Assembly (NCBI GenBank): GCA_030248215.1
Contig: JASANG010002570.1
Location: 62,001 to 126,000, forward strand
Source of the DNA: Enoplolaimus lenunculus
Taxonomy: Eukaryota
Direction: 5' to 3'
DNA: 64,000 bases
The translations under genes were made by a program, and so were the position numbers. Positions 39,538 to 51,500 of the stretch are shown here, piece by piece (positions within the stretch are counted from its first letter, which is position 1; every line of letters begins with the position of its first letter). Under the pieces are notes generated by a model. It saw only the letters and a list, made by a program, of their open reading frames with translations. It made no database searches and was not told where the DNA came from.

Positions 39538-42500
39538 TTTACTATTATTATTATTAAAAATTGTGTTCTGCCACAGTTTCAGTGTTTTCAAAGCCTCGAA
39601 AGGTGTACTTACGAATGCGTCCAAACATACCCAATTGGAGTAAAGCTTTATAAAGGGTTCAGGCCACCCTCTGGGTGGGGGGGTACGCCATGTATTTCAA
39701 ACGCTGATTGATAATTACAGGTGCGTTTCGTGCCTTAACAGCCAATGGCCGTGCAGTTGGTGCTTATCTCATAATCGTTGTGTTCTTGAACGGACTGCGC
39801 CTCGAACTTGTGATGGTGGTCGCAGTCTGTTGACTCAAAGTTATCCGGTAAGCATCTCCCAAGGAGCAGAGTTTCCGGTTCCGGTATTTTTTTAATTTTT
39901 CATCAAATTTAAATAAATAATATTGCAGAAGTCTCTTACAAATTTGCACAAGATTGTTTACAAAACTACATACTTTTGTACGCACACCTTTTACAGTTAA
40001 GGTTTAAGCTTAGGCTTCAGGCTTTGACTTAGGCCTAGGTTTAGGCAAAGGCTTATGCTAACGTATAGACAAGGTGTAAGACTACTACGCAGCGACTAAT
40101 TCACTATGAGCGATGAATGACTTATATTTCTACAGCAAAATAGGAATCTTCTACTATCGGCAACGATCCACGCTCGCAGCAAGTAGCGTTAACCTTCCAA
40201 GTTGAGACTAGGGGTGGATATAGAACGGGGCCGGCAGCGTCCCTGCGGTATATATTACGCCCACTCCCCTACGGATAGAAAATTCCGTATCCGCTACTGG
40301 TTGTGATGCTTTCAAAATATAGAATTTTATAAAAACTGCCTAGTTTTAGACTTCCGGGTCCGGCAAAATGAACGACGATAGCTCAACTAAATGTCCTCAT
40401 ATCACTGGAGCGAGTCGGGCAGACGTTGGCGAAATCCACACCGCGAACGCTGCTTCAGACTCCGCAAAGCTCTTTGGAGTCAAAGTCAATCGTCAAGAAG
40501 TACCTGGGTCAATAGGGCGTACAGCTAAGAGCTCGGTTAAAGGCGAAAATCGACTAAAAATTCCTAATGGATACCCGATTTCAATACGGTTACCAACGGT
40601 CAATTTGGACAAGATACATGTTAGTTTATATGATAGGGCAAGATAGGCCGTGAACGGTGCGTTAGGCTAGTAAACCCACAGCGAAAAGGAGACCATGGGG
40701 GTGCATCCACGCTGGAAAATGTTTTAACCTCAACCCCTAGAAAAGGTTTAGTTCTGGCTTGTACGCTGGTTATTTGGACTGCATGCTCCTCAAAAGGTAG
40801 TTTTGCTCCTCAAGTAGTCCTGGTTACGGGATTGTAGCCTAGTTCTAACAACGGCTTTTTGGTTTTGGTGCCCGGATCGCTAAAGGGCGATGATGTGATT
40901 TGTTTCCACCTTGAAAACTTTTATTATAAACATCCATCGCCGATTTCTGAATAATACACACTGCAAAAAATGGTGAGTCAAATTGACTCTCTCCGAAACA
41001 GGCTCTACGGGACTACACAAACTGCGTCAAATTCGACTCTGCCAGAGTCAAACGTGTGACTCAGTGAATCGAATTTGACTCTTGCGGAGTCGAATTTTGA
41101 CTCAATTTGTGTAGTCCCGTAAAGCCTATTTCGGAGTGAGTCAATTTGACTAACCATTTTTTGCAGTGCTGAGTGTTGTGCTTCAAGTTTCTGGGCGCCA
41201 CTTCAATTTTGATATTGTGCGGAAGAATTTAAAAGTCGCGTTCGAAAGCGATGTTTGTCGTTTTTTCGACACCCTGTACACATTTTATTGTGGATGATGC
41301 ATTAATATTTTAAATATATATTTATTTATTTATTTATTTGTTTATTTATTTATATAAATATATTTCAGACACCTTCAACTGAACTTGAATGTGTGGTTCG
41401 TGTTGACGGCGACATTGTGCGACGCAGTGCAACTTTACTCGAAGACTCGAGTGATGCAAAATCGCTGGGGTCGAGTCAACAAATTGTTGCGTGCGATAAA
41501 TATTCGGTACGAGCGGTTAGGCTTAGGCTTAGGCTTCGATTTAGCTATGGTATTATTTTTTGATCTCTGAACAGAGAAGTAAGCGTTCGTTTTTGTAAAT
41601 ATGAATGTTCGTTCAGAGCAAATATTCCAAGGGGGTTCAGACCGTTTCTGGACCCGATTGATCCAGCTCGAGACAACTTTCATTAAGCAGGTTTTCATCC
41701 CAGGCAAATCCCTGTATAACGATTGTGGTTTTGTAACTTTTCTTTGTATTTTATTTGGTCAATTTTAAGAGAGTGGAATTTTTTGTTGTTCGAAAACTGC
41801 AAAAAATATTCAAAATTTAAAACAGTTTTTGGTCAAACACAATTATTTCCTTAGATTGGGTTTGAAACACCATTTCCATAGATTGGGTTGGATTATATTG
41901 TGTTACTAATTGTTTCAGTACAATTACAAATCTGAAAAGTCAACTCAGTTGATTTCACTTCAACTTGTGTTGAACAAGAGTTTGGTGGTTGATCAAGTCA
42001 ACAGTAAGTTTCAACTTTTATCGGGTTATTTATCATTTTTGAGCTCATGCTACTTTCTGTGGCACCTCGGTTGTCTCTGGAGATAGGAACAAAGTAAAGC
42101 TTAGGGATGTAAGCATATGAGACATGCATGTCCTGGTGCATATGCAAATATATGCAATGTACATTGTGTAGTATGCTTGCCGGGAGCCCGGAACATTCGG
42201 TCGACACATATCGTCGACGAAAAATGCAGTTGGATAGGCGGGCTACGTAGCGCAGTGGTAGAGTGTTCGATTAAAGATCCGGAGGCTGAGTTGGATCCCC
42301 GCTCCGGAGGCTCGCTTTTGCAGCTGCTTAGTAGAAAGGTCTGATGTCCCGGTTCCAACCTAGACTGACAAGGGTGAAACTTGTCATTAAGCTTAGGCTT
42401 AGTTTTAGGATTATCCTTGCGGTTTTAGGCTAATTGAACGATGCCGAAAGTGATATTGGCAAATATTAGTTCGTTATTTTAAAACTGGTCGTTTGTTCAA

Positions 42501-45500
42501 TTTTTCAGTCGCTTACAATTTAAACTTTAAGTTTAAATTTTTAATTTAAATTTTAAATTTAAAATTTTAAACTTAAATTTTGAATTTAAATTTTAAATTT
42601 AAATTTTAAATTGAGATTTTAAATTTTAAATTTAACAAGGAAAATTCGGTGATTGGTGAAATAAGAAATTTCTCGTGATTTGTGCAATATTTGTCACCAT
42701 GTTTTGACAACAACCAAATCCGGTGCATCAAACAGGTTGTGAATTAAGCTTTTGTCCCTGGTTCCCTTTTGGCTACGCGCCTGAACCCAGGTTTAAGTAT
42801 CATTCTAAATGTGGATGGGGGAATGTATACGAGAGCCCTGAAGGGTTTGTTTTTTTAATATTTTCAGTCGATCTGTACAAGTGTTCACTGCTCGCTTCGG
42901 ATTGCTCGCAATGCATTACCCTTCCAGTCGAGTCTGAATGTACATGGTGTGGGGGTGCTTGCCAATATCGAAGAGCGTGTCCCCCGACTGAGGGTGTGCT
43001 GGAGTCTCGCTCGCGAAAACTAACTTGTCCCCCTCCGGTTATTACAAATGTAAGCGAATGTTTGGCATTCTGGCTCGATTTCTTTAATTAATAATTAATT
43101 TTGTTTATAATTATTTGATTTTATCGCATTTTGTTTAGGAAAGGCAGTTTGTTTGTTTGTTTATTTGTTTGTCTGTTTGTTTGTGTATTTGTTTGTCTGT
43201 TTTTTGTTTGTTTGTTTGTTTGCTTGCTTATTTGTTTGTTTGTTTGGTTACTTGGTTGGGTGGTTGGTTGGTTGGTTTGTTGGTTGGTTGGTTGTTTGTT
43301 TGTTTATTTGTGTGTTTGTTTACTTTTTGCCGATTGGAAATTTTTCAATTGAGATAATTTGTTTTTCATATGATTTAAATCGAAGCTATTACCATTAAGC
43401 CGTATTCACACGTGCAAGTTTTTGCAGCGGATATGCAACTTTGGTCCACATCCGCTTTGAAGTTCTTGCAGCTGCAAATTATTCACCAGAATTCATGCTA
43501 TTGAATTTAATTCGCACGTGTGAACGCTGTTGCAAGTCGCTTGAATTTCTTGCACCTGTATTTTGATTGGCCAATCGGAAGACACGCTTTTGAACGCTTC
43601 TGAATTAATTCAGACTTTTTGAATTTATTCGAGAAGCTTGAATTAATTCAAGTATCAATCCTGTTTGATTTTTCGCAAGTAATATAGCGATTCTGACGGG
43701 TTTATTTTTAAGCACTAAATAGAAATTGTATCATTATGAAAACGTTTTCTAGACAAAAAATTTCGAATACAGCCTTCTTTACGCGTGATTGTTTGTTGCA
43801 GCTGAAACTCGCAGGTGCAATTTTTTTCAAAAATTCATTTGAAATACTTGCAGCTGCAATTCATTCATGAGAAACATGCGCCAAGAATTAATTCATAGGC
43901 ATGAATAACCTTGCAAATTGAATTTATTCACTATCAGTGGCTGAACTTATAATTCATAGCTTTTGCTTGATATTTATTGCAGTCGTATGCAAATTACTCA
44001 GATAAATTCATGTCAAGATTCAGAATGAAAATGATGTTTCCTGGCAAATACTTGCAGCTGCAAGAAACTCTTGCAAGTAACAACTGCGAGTTCTTGTTGC
44101 AAAAACTTGCACGTGTGAATAGGGCTTTAAGCCGAACTGCAAACGTATTGATAAACACCACGTTCACTGCGTGCTGAAAGTGCTTGGGTGCAACGATTCT
44201 TGTCAGGGTATGGCAGCAATTCGAAAATGGCCAGCAAGAGGCGCTAAAACTTTTCTAGGGGGGCAAAAGATATCTAGCAGAAGGGGTTCTCTGATCCAAT
44301 TCAGGCCACGGGTGCAGTACACTAGCGGATCCAGTGGGGGTGGGGTGGCGTACAGCCTCCGTCAGAAATTTTTTGTGCTAAAGTGGTAATGTTCCTACCT
44401 TACAATTTTATTCCCCTCCGAAAATTGTTTTGTAACAAACACAATTTTTACCGCAGAATTTTTTATGATAAAAAGGCAAAATCTCTCTTTACAATTTTTC
44501 ACCCTCAGAAAATTTGTTGGTGATAAAATGATAAGGTCCCTACCTAACAATTTTTGCGTTTCATAGCATTTGTCAACCCGCCCCCCCGTCAAAATTTTTC
44601 GGATCCGCCTTTGGCGCAGTATATACATAACTTGCGTATTGGTTTCTTTATTTTTATTTATGGAATAATTTAAAACATTTTTTTATTTTAAGGTTTCGCC
44701 CACAACTGGACCACGGGAAGGTGGTTCGCTCGTCACAATTACAGGAAGCGATTTGGGCACATCGGTGGCAGACGTAGAAGGACGTGTATTTGTTGCTGGT
44801 ACACCGTGTACGGTTGTGGAGTATGAAGTATCGAAAAAGTAAGTATTTTGAGATGGTTCACGGAGCCAGGGATTTGTGGACACACGCATCCTCTGTCAGA
44901 GGTGTCGTGCGGAACATTTTGCAATGCAAATTGTTCATCATAAAGCTCACGATGTGTTTTATTAGATATACTAGCGAATCTACGACTATTCGTTGCTCGA
45001 CAACTGGTCGCCCAACAGTATCCTAAATCTTAAATCTATCATATTTCCTAAGCCTAATCCTAAACCTCAGGGACGGAGCAGCCACCCCCATGCGCTATAC
45101 TTGGGGGTTATCACACTAACCGGCTGAATCAAAAATCGTCGAAGTTTCAAAATGCGTCTGGCTTCTCGCTCGTTTCGCTCTCGAGTTTGGGGGCTCCATC
45201 CTGGAGTTTGGGGGAAGCCCTCACCCCTGACTACTGCGGCACTGCTAAGCCTAGGCGTAAACTTAAGCATAATTACGGGCGACGAATTGTCAAATCGATG
45301 AAATTTCGGATTACAAGTTGTCGGCGTGATTTAAAAGCTTCAAAAATTCAAAACACAAACTGTATCTTTACTTGGCAGGAAATCAATGACCTGTTACAGG
45401 TCAGACCCTGCGTGTCATTTATATTTTATATTTTGTCCGTTAGGGTTTCTATCTACGGTACCGTAGCCGTATGCTGTCTACCTTATACTGTTGCCAGAAA

Positions 45501-48500
45501 CTACGCTGCAACTTGCCCGTAGCCAAGGGGGGCAGTGGGGGGCTCAACGCCTCCCGGAGAATTTTTGGCTCCCAAAGAAGATTTTCAATCTTGCTTGTAA
45601 ATCACTGAAAACCTTTAAATGGGTCTCCGGAAAAAATTTTAGCTCCCCCCTAGTAAGGTTGGCTGGCTACGCGCCTGCGCCGAAACTCTAAAACAAAACA
45701 TGAAACCAGTTAATTATACTTTCACAACTTCTTAACTGCGCAAGCAAAACGATTTCAAGCAAAGATTAAAAAAGTTTGCTCATACGAAACAAATTTGGTG
45801 TATATTTTTGAGTTCAAATCAGCTGTAATCATAAATACAGACTTTCAAGTACCCGCCAATAAAAACCGCGGTTGAGTTGGCCATGCCCGCAGCTAGCTCA
45901 CCGTTCTACAGTTAAAATTTTTCAGACATTCAAGGGTTTTCAATGAGTTACAAGCAAGGTTGAAAATTCTGTAGAGGGGCCCAAAAATTTCCAGGGGCGG
46001 CTGAGCCCCCCCCCCCGGCCCACCCTTGGCGACGGGCCCAACTTGGCCCCATCATTTGCTCACAATTTAGGGTAAAGTGCGTATAAGTTGAATGTAAAAC
46101 GAACCAAACTCGTATTTGACCTTAACCGTCTCGAAACTAGCTAATAGCTACATTGCAAAAAATGGTGAGTCAAATAAACGCTCCGAAATAGGCTCTACGG
46201 CACTACACAAATAGTCAAATTCGATATCGCGAGTGCAGTCGAATTTTGACTCAGTTTATGTCGTCAGGAAAAGCCTATTTCGGAGAGAGTCGATATAATT
46301 TGACTCACCATTTTGTTGCAGTGTACCATTGTTTTAGAATTGTCTGCAAAACTAATGCGAGCACTTATGCGACTTCGAATACAGTAACCGTAATGGTTCG
46401 TGGCGGACAACGGACAACTTCGACTCAAAAATTTTCGTTTGTTGTACGTTTGCGGTCAAATTTGCTAATTTATATCTTGAAATGGCGTAGGGGCGCAGTG
46501 CCCCAAATTTGGTTTCAGCACTGAGGGCCGAATTAAATGTATCATTTTTGACCAAATGAATTTGTCTCAGCGAACATTTTACCAGTGTCAAAGCTGATTT
46601 TAGCAACTGTGGGGTCATTTTGTAGTTTTATGCAACTTTAAGCGCTATACTTTTGATGACGTCCGTCGCCGTGCGTCACCGTGCGGTGTCGTACGCAAAT
46701 TATTCACGCACGATACCGTATAATGATGAATGGTGACGGACGGCGCCGAACGATGACGGTCGGCGCCGGACGATGACGGACGGCGCCGGACGATGACGGA
46801 CGGCGTCGGATGATGACGGACGGCGTCGGACGATGACGGACGGCGTCGGACGATGACGGACGGCGTCGAACGGCAGTTCTGGCGCCACCCTAACCGCTAT
46901 ATTTGGCGATAGAGTACTGGAAGTGCTATACTTTTTGACTCTTTAATTGCCGGTCGGCGTAGTCCGGCCAGTTCTGTACGGTAATACAATACAGGTGAAT
47001 TATCGCATCCCACCGCATAGCAATTTGTTCTCAAAAAACTAAATTTTCGGATCATAAACACTTTTGTAGTGTGTATTGTATCCCCCTGTACCGCAATGCT
47101 TTCTAAACAATTTACGCATTCTTAGGGTTGCGCTTTACTTTTATTGACGTCCGGCGCTGTCCGTCCCCGTGTGGTATCGTACGCAAATTACTCACGTACG
47201 ACAACGTACGGTGTGAACAGTGACGGACGGCGCCGTACGAGTGACGCACGGTAACGGACGGCGCCGGACGTCGAGTATAGCGCAACCCAAGGTTTTTTGT
47301 TTATTGTGCCCGGTGCGTTTTCTTAACACTTTATCTGTGTTTTTTATAGTAAATGTTTATTTCTAGGAACCTCGATTGTTTTCGTACGAACCTCACAAAG
47401 GACCCGTTTCCGGCGGATCTCGGATTAAGTTGCTTGGAAAGCATTTCACATCGGCAACAAATGTATCGGTTACGATTGGAGTGTATCCTTGTTATGTCGA
47501 TAGGTAATTAATGATTGATCCTGAATTAAATAATAATTGTAATTGCATTTGTTTACATTGTAAACGGTGCACACTTTGTACTGTAAAGATGACAATTCTT
47601 CGTCCGACAACTCGTCGACTGACAACTTGTAATCCGAAATTGTATCGACTCGTCAATTTGTCGCTCATCATAATTTTGAGGGTTAGCCTTAGGATTGCGC
47701 ATAGGATTATGCGTAGATTTATTAATAGGTTTTTAGGACACTGTTGGGTACCAAGTTGTCCGGCGACGAATTGTCGTAGATTTCCATGTAATTGTTGCAC
47801 GCGTGTAGTAAACGGACTAAAGAAGTAATAGTTTCGCTTTATATTAATCAAACTCCATGAGTCTTCAATTTCAATTAAACCAAGATTAGTATGCCTCAAA
47901 ATGGTTACTTTGCGATATATCAAATTTAGTCAGCGAATTAAGTATTTACTTAACTTATACTTAAGTAGGGTTTTGGAAACCCAGCCATTAAGTACATTTT
48001 TTGACATCATTTCCAGTTATATATTTTGGCAAACTATGATGAACGTGTGAAATTTCAAAATTCTCAAATTTTGACGTTTTAGGTCAAGCATCAAACCGCA
48101 CGAACTGATTTGTACAACATCAGCGGCGGCTCGGGCGAACCTGACTTTGCCAGTAATCACAATTCATCTGGACAATTTTCGACAATCTCTTGCTGCCGCA
48201 TTTCGATATGTTCCGGATCCGGTTATTGTTGATATTTATCCGTTGGCAACTTTTCAAAGGTATCTATGGTTTGTGTAATTTCACGAATCTCGACCACTTC
48301 TTAGAAGCTGACTACTGAAATCTGTAGGTATTAATTATCCAAACGAAATGGATGTCTTTCTTTCGTCGCTTTCCCACCAGGCATGGACTAGCCATCTGGC
48401 CTACACGGCAAATTACCGCCGCACAGGTTACCATTTTTGGCAACTGAACAAAATGAAACATCTTGGTTATTTAGTGATTTTGGTCAATAGTCAACATGTG

Positions 48501-51500
48501 AGCCGATTTATTTCATAATGCCAAGTCCGAGTTTTAGTACCATCTGATAATAAAAACATTAATTCGAATTCGGTCAAATATAGACCAGTTGTAAAAGCTG
48601 GAAAAAGTTGCTAAGTATGTATACCTTTAAAATACGACATTTTGATATTGTTCCGGTTCCGGTATTTTGTGATGACTAACCAGTGCCGAGGTTAGTACCC
48701 AATAGCTCCGGAGGACAGTGGCGGATCCAGAAATTCCTGGTAGCCGGTGAGGAGATGCACTAGGGGAAAATGTTAAGTTTTGTCACATGTTCATAATACG
48801 AGCAATATAGACACTGTGAGCAGTGTTTAACAATTGTAACATATATGCGCAGAGCAAAATCTCAACAAGACGTGAGAGCCCTTTCGGGGTCGAGCGTCGA
48901 GCTCCTATAGCTCAGTGGTCATCGTACAAAATTGAAAATATTCATGTGAGAAAGGGTTAATTAATTCTTTTAGTGGCGGCCGGCGGTTAACCATTATTGG
49001 TAAATGGTTCGAAGCAGTTCACACCATTCAAATGTATATGATCGATAGTGTGACTCAGATGAAATTCGGTCCTGAAGTAAGCTAAATTTGTGTGTCGTTT
49101 AGTGAAATTTGATACGAAATTTTCAACCTGCCATCGGGCCCGTAGCCAAGGGGGGGCAGGGGTGCTCAACCCCCTTTTGAAATATTTTGGACCTACCTAT
49201 AGAAGATTTGCAACTTTGCTTGTAAGTCATCGAAACCTTTAAATGCACCTCGTGAAAAATTTTTAGCCTCCCTAGCAAGGTTAGCTGGCTAACTATAGGC
49301 AAGAGTATGCAACTTAGCGAATTTTGCATAGTACAAAATGTACCAGCAAACAGCCTGTAGCTAGCATACCTTGCTGGGGGGAGGCGAAAAAAATTTTTAG
49401 GTAAAAAATACATCGGTTTTCGATGACTTACAAGCAAGATTGCAAATTTCTTACGCAGGCGAAATTTTACTGCGGGGATCTGAGTTTCCCTGGCCGCCTC
49501 TGGCTACAGGCCTGACCAGCACCCGTTGCGTTTTTGCCGTTAGCAATTTTTGGTTGAGTTTTTCATGCGAAGTTTTGTAACTGATAATGGTGATTATCAC
49601 TAATGCTGTCTGAGGTGAATTTGCAGTACACTGTGTTGTAACTTACAGTAGATTAGTGTCCATGCTTAACAGCCAAAATAACCTCAAAATGGGGTGCCCT
49701 CACCAAGGGTGTCCCCACGGGGGGGTCGGAACGTGCTCCCCCCCAAATTTGTTTGGTGCCCCACAAATAGAACACAGAGGATTCAGTTGTTCTCACTGCT
49801 TTAGACTATACGAAATACACTTGTTTACGAGTAGAATTAATTTAATACTAGTCAGCCGGTTTTGCGCAATACGCAAAAAGTTAGTGAATGCACAAAAATT
49901 CGCATGCAGATTTTCTTTTTGTATGACAATCGTGTTTATACTAAGAGAATTCGTTGCAAGCCAAGTAATGCTGGAGGACAGTTGGCTAAAATACGTATGT
50001 GGGGAATTCCAACTTTAATGTATAGATTGGACTGATGTCGAAATTTGAAATATTTTTGCAAGTTTAACTTTCAATTCAATTTCAGACCTGTCTTCGACGA
50101 AACGACACCGTCCTCTACTGCCCAACGCCGCAAATTCCACGAATAGGAGAGCGAACACCGAGGAGATCTCGCACCGAACGTCACGCCTTACAGTTGCTGT
50201 CCCTGGAAGCTTCGCCTAGTGCGGAACGCCGCTATGCCCCGCCACAAAACGAGTTACGACACCGAAACACGGGGAGCAAAGAAGACACCTATGAACAGAT
50301 GGGATTAGGATTCGTTATGGACGGTGTTGAAACGGTCAAAGATTTGTCTCATCGATTCAAGCTGAGCGTAGTACCGGATCCGGAATATTTTGCGTTCGCT
50401 GGCGGTCACAAATTTCAACGCGGCGAACCGTTAATTATTGAGGTTAGTGACCATTGTCGGTATTCTCAAAATGTGTATAGCATCTGTCATCAGTTAGTCA
50501 AAGCTCTATAAGCAAGCAAATTGCGGTAGCTGCTGATTCCGAAATTTGAAAAAGAACAAATCGAATAAATGCAAAAAGCCAGACACATGTTTTACTATTG
50601 AATCTTAATACAAAAATTGCGGTATTAGTCCCTTATGGGGTTGGAACCCAGGGTAGTCATTGGGTGTCGCCTTAGTTTCACTATTATGCCACAAACAGAA
50701 CAATCTAACTCCGTTGAATTAAGATGTTTCTGCTGTAAATTTTGTAACCCTTTGATACTAGAGTTTTAGAACTTTGGATTTGATTTTAAAGATCTGAACT
50801 GCAATCTTGTCACAGTTTCCAACAACACAGAACACCAGCCATACACTGTAAATTTCAGTGAGTTGATTTTAACTCAGAATGAGTTGAATCACACAGTCTG
50901 AGTTAGGACTATCAGAACTCAAATTTTTGAGCAGATTCAATTGGTTCTGAGTTAATTAATCAACTCATCCAGACTCAACTCAACTCAAAGTGATAATGAG
51001 CTCATCGCAGAGTGAGTTAAAGTTAACTTTTATTAACTCAGAAATAACTTACTATTCGTCTGATTTGATTAATTAACTCATTGGAATTTACAGTGTATTG
51101 AATTTAAGTTTCAGGCGTTAGCGTTATAAATATTGCAACCACTTTGACTGGTAAATTTTCAACGCCTTTGATTTTGGTTTTAGGGTCGTAATTTAGATCT
51201 GGCTTCAACTGCTGCCGATGTTGACGTTTTAATCGACGACCAAAGATGCAACATGACCCTCTTGGCAAGGACACAACTCGTCTGCGTTCCACCTCAGTCG
51301 TGGCCGCTTGATATTGCGACCGACATGGCACCAGGGGTGTTCGACCCTCGAAATGCTGAGGAACCTAGTGTCACGGTAAGTTTCTAAATGAGCAATAATT
51401 GGTTGTTACTCGGGCGTTTGCCTAGATATCCCGGCAGATTTCATTAGTATAGTATGCAAACCTTGACAACCGCCGAAAATAAATTGACGTACATTTCGCT

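Noticed and set aside
43131..43398. Hydrophobic CLFV-repeat ORFs (similarly 39461-39711 and 54745-54957)
   Set aside because: Microsatellite translations.
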